From Zygnema circumcarinatum SAG 698-1b (Eukaryota > Plantae > Zygnematophyceae), in NCBI GenBank assembly GCA_037447605.1, contig CM074804.1:5681909-5745908 (forward strand): a stretch of DNA of 64,000 nt. The letters are read 5' to 3'. How positions within the stretch are numbered: position 1 is the first letter of the stretch; every line of letters begins with the position of its first letter. Both the position numbers and the translations under genes were made by a program. Below are positions 25,788 to 37,200 of this stretch, one piece after another. Under the pieces are notes generated by a model, which saw nothing but the letters and a program-made list of their open reading frames with translations, was not told where the DNA came from and made no database searches.

Positions 25788-25829
25788 GGACCATGGACCA
25801 TGGACCATGGACCATGGACCATGGACCAT
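25788..25829. repeat. (GGACCAT)6 heptamer microsatellite upstream of ALDH10
   Basis: Six perfect copies, preceded by two degenerate ones. Confidence 0.95.
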
Positions 25830-26127
25830 GCCACATCCACCATGTCATCATGTTGTTGTTCGTTGTGACCCGTTGCTTGTTTGACGAGCTCGAGAACGAA
25901 CTGCCGCCCTGCTCGCTCTCCCTCTCCCTCTCGCGAGGCGAGGCGTCCCGAGGCCCTCCCTTGGGCCGGGCCCTTGGGCCTCGAGGCAATGGCCTGCAAC
26001 GGACGGCGCACGGTCGCTGGAGTGTGCGCAAGGCCGCAACCGCTCTTGAAACTAAGCTGCGAACCTCCCTAGCTCCCCGGATTGTGGAGCCTGACAGCCT
26101 TCGCTCAAGCCTCGTCAGTGCCCGGAT

Positions 26128-29100
26128 ATGGCGCCCCTCGTCCCCTCAAGAGAGCTATGTATCAACGGAGTGTGGGCTTCTCCGCGTTCGAACAATCGTA
26201 TACCGATCATCAATCCCGCGACAGAGGAAGTAGTCGGTGAGTTTGACTCTCCAGCAATCTACCTCGGATTTAACTTTTTGTTCGAAAGGTGATGGCTTTA
26301 AGTGAACTTCAAGGCGTTTTTGCTTTTGAAAAATTAGCGTAATCGTCACGGAGGACACTGGCAGCATTCAGTGCTTGCAAGGCCTTCCAATTAAGGCTGG
26401 AATTTATAATCTTGGCTCATTTAGACAGAATGCTTTGCTTCTGTCGCGTGCAAGTGAAGACATTTCAAATCCTAGTTGGCTATAGCAAGCGAATTTGTCT
26501 TACAAGCAGCAATTGGTATCAGATTGTAAATTTAGCATTTCATTTCCAAATTGGTTTCCAAAGAACTCCATTTATACCCCAAACATCCTGCACTCTAATC
26601 TTGTATTCAGAGCAATGAGCAGAGTCCTACTGGAGGAAGGAATGAGAAGGTTTTGCAAGCAAGTGTTGCGTAAAATCCGTGAATTGGAAAAAAAAATTGA
26701 TTGCTGAAATTGATTTCAATCGAAGCGAGTTATACGCATTTTAATCCACAGTGATGGTGGCGGGGCTCCATTCCAGGTTCTATTCCTGCAGGATCAAGGG
26801 AGGATATTGATGCGGCTGTCAAGGCTGCGAAGGATGCGTTTAGCCGAAACAGGGGTCGGGATTGGTCTCGTGCAAGTGGCGCCTACAGGGCGGCTTACTT
26901 GAGGAAGATTTCTGCCAAGGTAGTCTCCCAAGGAGGTTCGTGCTATTTGATGAGCAGGTATAGAGAGGTCCAGTACCTGTTGGCCAGCAAATGTGATGTT
27001 GTTCTTGCAGCTGCAGAAGTAAGGTTACGGTGGACGTATGTTTGTCTAGGGGAGCGGCAAATTCTCGTGAAACACCAATCATATTTGTTGGCTATTAGCT
27101 TGCTTCGTCTGAATATCAAGTGGGTCCTATAGAACAGCCAATTCCTGCAAAATTCTATGCACTCTAATTTATCAAACTTGTCTCACAGCCAGGAATCCAA
27201 TCTCATCTGGTGATTGGCCAAGGTTGACCCCTCATTCTTAAACACCATTTATCTGCTTGCAGATCACCGAGAGTAAGCAACGACTCGCGGAACTTGAAGC
27301 CTTGGACATGGGCAAGCCTTTGGATGAAGCTTCATGGGACATGGTGCGTATGTCCTTTTGTATTAGCCTAGGCTCGCTTGTACATGTCGTGCATTGGTGA
27401 GTTGCGGAATGGTTCGTGGGAATGTATTAATAAATGAGTTTCTTGATGATGGTTTATAGTTACTTTAGCGACGAGCAGTTTAGAGTGTTGCAGCTGGTTT
27501 CTTAGTTTGCTGTTTTTGGATGCGCGAGTAGTTTTATGAAGGTACAATCTTACTGTAATGTTTGTAAGTTGGGAGACGCTTATGTTCAAGCTTTACTATA
27601 TTAAACCCATTACTTGCATATTGAGATTGAATATGGGTATGGCATGTTTCTGCGAAAGTGGATGAAAGTGCGAGGCCACAAAAATCGAAAACCTTTTTGC
27701 TGCTCCTTCCTTCTCCACCAAACTGACAAGATGAGCAGTTTGGCAGTCCTGACAGGTAGTGGGAGAATTGACTTAGCAAAACAGTTGCATTTTTTTTTTT
27801 CTACTACTTTCTTTTGAAAGTCGTGTCTTTCTCCAACCATGCATGTTTTCCCTTTTGTAGAGTTAAGCATCTCACATTGGTTCCTGCGCGGGGCAGGATG
27901 ATGTTGCCGGCTGTTTTGATTTTTACGCAGACCTGGCAGAGAAACTTGACAAGGAACAAAACGCCCCCCTCGACCTGCCTATGGACACATTCAAGTGCCA
28001 CGTCCGCAAGGAGGCACTGGGTGTAGTGGGCCTTATCACTCCTTGGTATATTCTTGATGCGCTCACTGGCCTCCTCTCTCTGAACTGACTCGGAGCTGTC
28101 TGGTCTACTGGTCCTTATAGAGCACGGAAGTCGTAACTATCTGCGACATGACTGCGCTTTGTCTATGGTACATTGCATTGAGGAGTTAACTGAGGTTGCA
28201 TCACGAATTCAAAACGCGCATTTCTCGTCAGACAGAACTTGCAAAATTGCATTAGGAGATGGAATCTACATATGATGACTGAAGCACTGTCGTCTGAAGC
28301 TGTACTATATTATTGGTATGGCGATGTCTTCACTCCATAATGTATTTTTCCAGGACCTCAAGAATGGAGATTAAAGTGTTTCTGCAATCGTGAAGTCTCT
28401 GCATTTGATCGAACGAGTTTTATCCTCGTGCATTGCAGGAACTATCCCCTCCTCATGGCAGCGTGGAAAGTTGCACCCGCTCTCGCTGCTGGTTGCACGG
28501 CAGTCCTGAAGCCCTCAGAAATGGCATCTATGTGAGTGCGAAGGAGCTTTTATACTATGCTCTGCAGAGCTATGCTCTGTTTTTGAGGCTCGTAGCTGTG
28601 CAAACGGAACTGAATGCTTACAGTTACAAAGACAGAATATCATCGAGACACTGAGGGCAGAGGTTCGAGTTAATCCTGTTAGAACAGATGTTGGCAACAT
28701 AAGTAACATTGTGAGATAAGACTTGAGGATGGAAGTCGCAAGGATCTGGACAATGTTGTTGAAGTTTTAGTGCAGACCATTCTGAGATCAGCCTCAATGT
28801 TTTCGCCTTGCGTGATGACCTTAACTTTGTTGGACTTGAAGTCATGCTAGGAGGTTGCTGTGGGGCCCTTGCAACGGGTTGCGGTGAATCGCAGACTCCT
28901 CTGACTTCAATTTGTCTTCCATAAACCCGGTGTCCGCTCTCCTCTCTCTTTCGCTTGGCAGCACATGTTTGGAGCTCGCAGCCATCGCCATGGAGGTGGG
29001 GCTGCCGCCCGGCGTGCTGAACGTAGTTACAGGCTTGGGCTCAGAGGCAGGCGCACATCTGTCGTCACATCCCGGTGTGGATAAGGTGAGCATATCCAGC

Positions 29101-31357
29101 CAATTGTGCTTGCAACGGAGCCCCGGGGTGTCATGCTTGCAGGACTGGCAGTCTTCGTGAGATGTTTTATGTCTAGCCAGTCACTCTGATTGGCGAAGGG
29201 TGCATTGCTTTACAGCTTTGGAATTGGCTGTTTGCAATTGCTGTTTGATTGACTTTTTGCTGTTATGGAGAAATTGAATTTGGAGGGGTTAGTAGCTTCT
29301 AACCAGCATATTTGTATTCTTTATTACTTTTCTGTGTGGCAACGTATGGGCTGAAACCTTCTGCATTCACTGTGCTTTCTTTACTTACTTCCATTTTTCT
29401 CCGTTTCTTCCCGCTTGCATTTCCTTTTTCAGCTTTTGTTCTCGTTTGAGATTCCAGGCATGTCGGCTGGATGAAAGGGTGAGACGCTGTTGTTGGGCTT
29501 GCCAGGTGGCATTCACTGGAAGCACTTTCACAGGCCGAAATGTCATGATGGCTGCTGCGGACAATTTGAAGGTATGCCCACTGTAAGTAGGAAGCATAAG
29601 TTGACATGTGCTCTACAGGAACTGTACATATAATATATAATATACGTTTATATAATATACGTATATATAATATGTGTCGGATGTTCTGAATGCGGTCGTC
29701 GGTCATTTTCAGCCTGCATGTTCTTCAACTGTGCAGCCCTGCCTGCTAACAAGGAACGGAGGGGTGGATAACTGTACTCTTTGCTGTTCGCATGGTGCAG
29801 CCAGTGACCATGGAGCTTGGCGGAAAGAGTCCGATTATTGTGTTTGACGATGTAGATGTGGATAAGGGTGGGAGCCAACCCTCTCCTATTTTTCCTTGTA
29901 GGCTGGTAGAAGCGAGATTCTTATGTCCAATCTTTTGCTTGTCATATCATTGCCTTAACTTCTCGCATCTCCGTCCTCCTCATTGAACATGCTGGTTTTC
30001 TCGCAGCTGACTTGAAATCTCCTCCTGCTGTATACCCCTGGTGTTGGATCGGGAGTGGAGGATGTGAGATGTCCTTCTGTAGAGAGAAGATGCGGGGACG
30101 GCTTGTGACTCACACGCGGAATCTTTCAACGTTTTGTGCAAATCGGATGTGCAGCGGTGGAGTGGGCCATGTTCGGCTCCTTCTGGACCAACGGCCAGAT
30201 CTGCAGCGCCACCTCTCGGCTGCTTGTGCAGGTCCGTCCCCTCCCTCCCTCCCTCCCTCCCTCCCTCCCTCCCTTGCAGCCGGCGAGAGGCCGACTCTAT
30301 CGGACTCTCTTTGTCAGAGCGCGCTCTTGTGACTGAGGGGTGAACTGGCTGACGCCATTGCTCTCTGTGCCACGTGGCGGCTGCAGGACGGCATAGCGGA
30401 CGCGTTCAAGGCCAAGATCGGGCAATGGGCCGCGGCCATAACGACCAGCGACCCGCTCGAGCCGGGCTGCCGCCTGGGCCCCCTCGTCAGCGAGGGGCAG
30501 GTGGGGGCACACTGCTCGACATGAGGACTAATATGAGGGAATGGGCGAATGTGAGAGAGTCGTGGTGGGACTCCAAAGAGTGTCAGCACAAGATGTGGTT
30601 TGCTGGGGATTTTGGGTCGCGGAATTGGCCTGCAAAGAGACTGTCGTTACTGTCACAAGATTTGAGGTCCTATCTTTATACTTTGGTTGTGTTGCAACAT
30701 TTGTATGTCCATGGACCTTGCAGTACAAAAAGGTGTTGGGCTTCATTGAGGGTGCCAAGGAGGAAGGTGCCAAGGTTATTGCAGGCGGGAAACGGCCACC
30801 GGTGACTCCTTTTCTCTTTGCCCTTCTTGTACCCGTGAACTTCACTATTCATCACGGCATGCGTATCCACATGAGGGAATTGAGGTCTTCAATAGTTTGG
30901 AGCTTTCATGACCGCCAACATAGCAATTGCTTTCCTTGAAATCACTGTCCTATGCAGTCAACTTCTATAACTCTGTCTTTAAAGAATTTCGATTTGTCAA
31001 TCGATACTTCCTGCATTACCTTTGCTGGTTTTTCTCTCCCAGCTTCAAAAGTATGCTCGTCCTTACGTCTCATCCTATCTTCTTAGCCTTAGCCTGGTTA
31101 TCTTGGCCATGTGTGCGCTACTTCAACTATATTCTCCCCTTTCAAATTATCGCCTGGCAAATTATAGGCTATGTTTTAGCCATGTAACATGTTCTGCGGG
31201 CACGCCCACTGAGGGTGCCATTTGTTATTGTCAACTTACTCCTATTTTTTGACGATGGCAAAAATGCTGAATAATCTGACAGGGACCTTTTCAGGTCGAG
31301 CAGTTGGAGACAAAATGTTTGAAATGGGCCCCCGCAGTCTTCAATGGCGAGCATTAG

Positions 31358-31403
<46 letters not shown>

Positions 31404-32730
31404 CCTTTTTTTGGCTACTTGCTCTTTTTTTCATTTTTGAATTGTTGTGCGTTCTTCTGCAGCATCTGCGAAAAGGCTATTTTGTAGAGCCGACAGTTTT
31501 GGAGGTGACGACAGACATGCGTATTTGGAAAGAGGAGGTCTTTGGCCCTGTGCTTTCTCTCATTACTTTCAAAACTGAGGAGGAAGCAGTTGACTTGGCG
31601 AACGATTCCCAGTAAAACCCTGAAAACCCCGTCAAACTTTGAATGAAGGAGAGGAACTTGAGATAGAATGTAGAAGAATGCTACTCTTGGACTCAAGCCC
31701 ACTTCTTTTTCTCCTGCAAGGGGCATGAAAGGAAAAGGTCAAAGCTGGACATGGAAATGATAGATTACTGAGAAGTAGACACGGTGTAAGGGGATACCCC
31801 CGGTTAGATGAAATCACTCGTGTATTCTAGTGCAGAGTTTGTTTTCTGAAATCGTCACAGCATCTACTAGAAGAAACCCTCGAATGCTAACTTCAGGCCT
31901 GCAAACATGTGATTATTGCTTGGATCGTTCCCTTACTGAGGAACAGCTTTTTCCACGCTTGTGATGAAGGTATGGGCTTGCGGCGTCGGTGATTTCCAAC
32001 GACGATGAGCGATGCGCTCGAGTATCGGAGGTGGGTCTTCCACTCTAAAAACCCTAAAAACCCTTAAAACCCTTAAACCCCTAAAAACCGAGTACTTCTG
32101 TTGAGGGACCTGCGTCGGAGCAGAAACGGCAGGGAACTTGTATGCAAGTCGGCTTTGTGTCTGGTTGGTTCACTCTTCTACTCAGACGTTTGTTAGCTGG
32201 ACCTTGGAGCTCCTGTTTGGAGCTATCTCTCACTCGTACTTTCTGCCTTCCGCTGCATCGCAGGCGTTGGAGTGCGGCATCGTGTGGATCAACTGCTCGC
32301 AGCCAACCTTCGTGCAGGCTCCTTGGGGAGGCAGAAAGTGCAGTGGGTTCGGCCGGGAACTGGGAACATGGTAAGTGGAGTTCCATTATTTCCCAATTTG
32401 ATTTCGGGGTGTTTGTTTGTATCAAACAGTACAATGATCACTCTTTAGTTTGTGCGCACCTTCCGCAAGCCCTTGGGCAGGATACCGATGGCTCTTGTAG
32501 TGAGGCATGTGTCAAGGAAGGCTGTGCTAACTCGCTGCGAGGTTCACGTCCAAGGAAGCACATGGTCGATGCACTTTCTTACTGTTTTTGCGAAAGTAGA
32601 CAAGCACGCTGATGACACATCCGCCTTGCTGTGATGCAGGGGGCTTGAGAACTATTTGGCTGTGAAGCAGGTGACCAAATATATCTCAAACGATCCATGG
32701 GGTTGGTACCCCACTGTCTCGAAGCTGTAA
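26128..32730 (+). CDS. ALDH10: aminoaldehyde/betaine-aldehyde dehydrogenase (ALDH10 family), peroxisomal, 15 exons
   Basis: [92 protein letters not shown] (catalytic Glu and Cys)..[35 protein letters not shown]-terminal SKL is a PTS1. The 15-exon layout is typical of plant ALDH10. Confidence 0.97.
31361..31400. repeat. (AT)20 microsatellite in an ALDH10 intron
   Basis: Read directly. Confidence 0.97.
32043..32090. repeat. degenerate telomere-like CCCTAAAA tract in an ALDH10 intron
   Basis: ctctaaaaaccctaaaaacccttaaaacccttaaacccctaaaaaccg. A shorter one (gtaaaaccctgaaaacccc) starts the previous intron at about 31612. Confidence 0.7.
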
Positions 32731-33311
32731 CGCGCTTCCAATTACGTGTTGGAGAACGCAACTATGGCGGGTTCGAACATATCAGTGATGGAGCTGAATG
32801 TAGCAATAGGCGCTTGTTTTTGCCGTCCCTATCGGCAGTCTCAGTACTGTCTAGATAGTGGTGAAGCGAACAATTGCAGGGTGGGGTGTGTCCGGATTGA
32901 ATTCAACAGCGACATTTGTTTTGCTGTGTGTGTGTTGTTGTGTAGTTTGACTCTATCAGTTGCCTTTTCCCGCTTCAAGTCTGTCTGAGTCGAAGCGACG
33001 AGCAACTTCTTCTTATGGCGAAGTGTCCGGTTCTATGGCACTGTGATGTTATACGAACAGGGTGGTACTTTCATCCGCCCTCTCTATGCTCGTCTCGCAG
33101 TCTATGCAGTCGGCGACAACTTACCGTACCGCCAGCATCCGCGGCATCCCGCCTCTTCCCCCCCCCCCCCCGCCCGGCCCGGTCCGAACCGACCCAACCC
33201 GATGCCGGCCGAACCCACGCTTGCCGCTGTACCGTACGAACCGTCCAGTGACCCGCCAGGGCGGCGTCTAGGCGTGTCCGTACGGCGGAGCGTACTCAGG
33301 CGAGCGCACAT

Positions 33312-33365
33312 TGGCATGGCATGGCATGGCATGGAAAGGAATGGCATGGAATGGCATGGCATGGC
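33312..33365. repeat. (TGGCA/TGGAA)n pentamer microsatellite in the PIF upstream island
   Basis: tggcatggcatggcatggcatggaaaggaatggcatggaatggcatggcatggc. Confidence 0.9.
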
Positions 33366-33775
33366 CGGACCGTGCCCCCAACCCTGCCGGGGGCGCTTCT
33401 GGCCGAACGACCGCCTTCCTTCAGGAATCCGGAGCCGAGCCGAGCACGGAGGTGCCGCCCGGACGCGCCTCGTCGGCGGGTTTTTAGAATACCGTACGGT
33501 ACGGCAAAAAACTGGCCGTACATGTAGCGTACGGAGCGAGCGGAGTGCGGCCCGTCGAGGAGGGCTGCTCCGCCACACTTCGCGTCCCCCGCGCAGAGCG
33601 CGCGCAGCCGTCCGATGCGATATTTTGAAGCGTGGATCGCCGTCCAGTGAGGGCCGCGTCGCGAGGGCGCCAGCGCCAGCGCCAGCGCAAGCGCTCGCAG
33701 GGCGTGAGCGCGCTGCCTCCGCCACTCTCTCTCGCCTGCGGGGGGGCGGCCGGTCCCCCCCTCCTTCCGCGTCGG

Positions 33776-34070
33776 CACTCGCAGACCGGTCGCAGGCCCG
33801 TCGCAGTCCCGTCGCAGTCTCGTCGCAGGCCTGTCGCAGGCGTCGCCCGCGGCTACGAACCAGTCGCCGCTGGCGGCTTGCGACTGCCCTGCGACGGCCG
33901 GCGACCGGTGATTAGGGTTCGCGGCTGAGCGGGATGCGCCGCAGCGGAGTGCGGCAGAGGGCGCGGCTACGAGCGAGTCGCACCCGGTGCCCCGCGACCG
34001 CCCTGCGATTGCCCTGCGACTTCCCTGCGACGGCCCTGCGACCGCTGATTAGGGTTCGCTGCTGAGGGAT
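33776..34070. repeat. GTCGCAG 11-bp tandem array followed by inverted CTGCGAC arrays inside a ~140 bp tandem duplication
   Basis: gtcgcaggccc/gtcgcagtccc/gtcgcagtctc/gtcgcaggcct..., then two copies of cgcggctacga..agtcgc...ctgcgac...gcgaccg.tgattagggttcgc.gctgag. Confidence 0.8.
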
Positions 34071-34264
34071 ACGTGACAACGGAAGCTCGCAGCGTCCTCT
34101 GCACCTCCGGGCACGGCTGTAGAGAAAGAGAGTGAGAGGGAGGGGAAGGGCAGAAAGGGGTGGAACAAAGGGACTTAGGTCATTGGAGAGGTGAGTCTAG
34201 GTGACGTACTATATGCTTAAGGGGTCGAGGAAATCGAAGTCCTTGTGGTGATTCTGTGCTGGAG

Positions 34265-37200
34265 ATGGACGTGATGGACCATGACAACATGACTTCAATG
34301 CTTCCTGTGATGCAGCAATGGCTGTTGCTGCAGCAGCATAACAAGAAAGCAAACACACAGGACAACATGCATTTTGTGTGAGTGGTAACTGGTTAAAGAA
34401 AGGTCCTGGAGGATGTTTCTTGATCACCAGATTGAGCAGCTCTTTTCCTTTAATTCATAGCTGTTGGTTTCTTTCTTGAGGCGCATTCGTTCTTAGGGAA
34501 ACGAAAGTGGGATTTTTAGTCCCCTTGACCTTTGAGCATGATTGAGCTTAGATGTCCTTCTATGATTGCAGTTGCCGTGATTCATCGCAGACATCGCAGT
34601 CACCTTCGGTTCCGGTCGCTGGATGGTCCACATTTTGACGTGTTCGTCATCGTGCTCTTCGCCCTTGTGTTTTGCAGGCCCGATCACGACATATTGGATC
34701 CATCTTCCTGGGCAGATTTGCCTCCTCCCATGGGGTTGAACATGGACGCGAAGCTTTTGAAGCAAACTTGGCAGCACGCTGATGTCCCTGACTGCGATTG
34801 GATTACGGCGCATCAGGCAGATGCTGTCACGCCTTCTGTTCCCGATGGGAGGGAGCCTGACCATAATAACATAGATAGTGGAGATCTAGAGCATCAGCAG
34901 CAGCAGTTGGGCCAGGCTTTTCAAGAGGACGATATCCAGTCATGGTTGCAGTATCCCCTTGACGAAGGAGTTTCAGACAGCACTTACTGCCAGGAGGCAG
35001 TGGGAGACATTCAGCCTATTTCACCGAGGACGAGGGAGGTCTTAGTCAATGGGTCTGGAACAAAGCAGGGCTCTGCTCCGAAGGTTAACAGTGCGGGGGG
35101 GGTTATGGCCATGGCGATGAACAACTCCACCCATGGCACACTGCGGGGGATGAACGCGGAGGAGGCCATGGAGCTGGCAGTCAAGCGGGCAGCAGGTGTT
35201 ATACCTGCGCCAGGTTCGGACATGTTCAATAAGGTTCGAGCAACATCTATGCCGACTATTACTACGTCTATCAATACGTCAACTGCGAAGTGGGGAGGGA
35301 AGTTGTCTGTGCCTTATCCGGGGCTGGATGACTTTCCAAAAGGGAAGGCATCCCAGTCATCCCATTATGAGCACGGTCTTCACGACGCATCTGCAGGCAC
35401 AGGAAACGGCTCAGTCCAGTCGTCTGGTTTAGCTTATCAGTCGGTGATGGCGCCGCCTCCTGCTCCATCGAATCGGTCGGCCCCCATAAATTTTGCTCAT
35501 TTTTCAAGGCCGGCTGCCATGTATCGGAGTCTGCAGAACATGGAAGCGGGTGTCTGTGGGACCATGAATGGCCGCCTAATGGTGGATGACTGCCGGGGTG
35601 GTAAGAGTCGGAGCTTGTCAACGAGTTCTTCGGTAGTTGAATCCACCGTAATGACCGCTTCAGTAGCTCCCGGAATGAACATGACTCCGAATTGGGGTAG
35701 CCGTGAAATGATGGAGAATGAAAACGGAAGGTTAGGACTGGGAGCTACTTCCAAGCACAGTGGCATTGTATTCGACTCTGAGAGTCCTGTGGAAAGGAGA
35801 CCCCTTAAGGCAGGAAGTGTGGGAGGCCATTTGAAGAAAACCAATTTCCAAAAGACAAGTGGCCTTGCTCTGTTATCCAACACCAAGAATGAACTGAATG
35901 ACCAGGGGAATACATCTGCAGTCGTTGGTAGTGAAAATGGGGATCAGCGGCAGATGTTGCACAGACGATCGTCCCTGGAAGTGACATCGTCATTTGGCGG
36001 AGAAAATAGTGAAAGGGATGGGAAAGAGGGGATGATGGAGTCTTGCAAAACGAAGCGCAGCCGAGAGGACGATACCGAATACGGCAACTATGATGTACGT
36101 TGGAGATTATCATCCAGGGTTGCATGTGTTGTTGTGATTGGGGGCTTCGCTTGTGAAGCACCATTGCCCGAAAGGAAGTTGCTCATAGGTATAGAAGCAG
36201 TCTTTCTTACAATTCTGTTGAACAAGATGTTGCTGTGAAGCTGTTTCAGGACTGGCTCTGGTCTTTGGTTTCCAAAGCTGTGGTAGGGTCGCGCTCGCCT
36301 TTGATCATGCTGATATCCACTGATTCATGTCGCCTCACTCAGGACACTGTGGAGGACTCTCTGGACGCCAAAAAGCAAGGCCGCGGAGGAACAGCCATGC
36401 AGACAACAAGTTCATCAAAGAGGACTAGAGCAGCGGAGGTGCACAATTTGTCAGAACGGGTGAGAATCTTGCTCGCGAGAGTCACGACCTGTCATTTCAA
36501 ATTTTGTGTTTAAGTCTGGCTCAAAACTGTTGTGCCTGTGTACTAGCAGGATTTCCAATGTCTTGGTAGCTTGTGAGTTTTTCTAAACAAGGAAGGTTGA
36601 CCACTCATGGTTATTAGATTCTGGAGGATGAGGATGTGGAGGCTAAGTAGTGCTGTTGTGCTGGAGGCGTTACAGTCCCTATCCAGTTGAAAGCGAGATT
36701 ATGTTGGTGTTGGATACATTAGTGAAGTCCAGATACGGACACATTGGCTGATATGTAGAATTCCTGAAATCGCAGAAACGGAGGGATCGAATTAACGAGA
36801 GAATGAAAGCCCTTCAAGACCTCATTCCCAACTCAAACAAGGTATGCCTACGGTCATGCCGGCCCTTGGTGGTGGGTGTGGACTGCGGTTTATAAAGCAC
36901 ATTTATTGTTGGAAACCGTGTGTTCTGAACACAACACATAACATGGCAGAAAAATCCACCCGAAAACTTCCCTTCCATTATCTCTATTTAACCAGTCTCC
37001 TTGCTGACGATTGTAGTTCTTCTGAATTTGCCGCGTGTAACGGTATTCCTGGTTTTTGCTGCAGACGGATAAAGCGTCAATGCTGGATGAAGCGATCGAG
37101 TATCTGAAAATGCTTCAAGTGCAGCTGCAGGTGAGCCTTGCCACTTGCTAAGTCCTATTGTAGCTGTAAGCATTGTGTTCCTGCGGATGTTGACGAACGT

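Noticed and set aside
8644-32730. ADT-CCC1-ALDH10 as a biosynthetic gene cluster
   Set aside because: No shared pathway (plastid Phe synthesis, ion transport, peroxisomal aminoaldehyde oxidation); these are ordinary conserved plant genes.
33043-33928. 290-aa and other long Arg/Ala/Pro-rich ORFs
   Set aside because: Stop-poor GC island and repeats upstream of PIF; no domain or splice structure. The same applies to ORFs at 7762-8767, 39146-39947 and 46044-46813.
34532-34677. Hydrophobic N-terminus of the 568-aa ORF as a membrane anchor on PIF
   Set aside because: It starts at a TTG and is the T-rich 3' end of an intron closing at tttgcag 34677.
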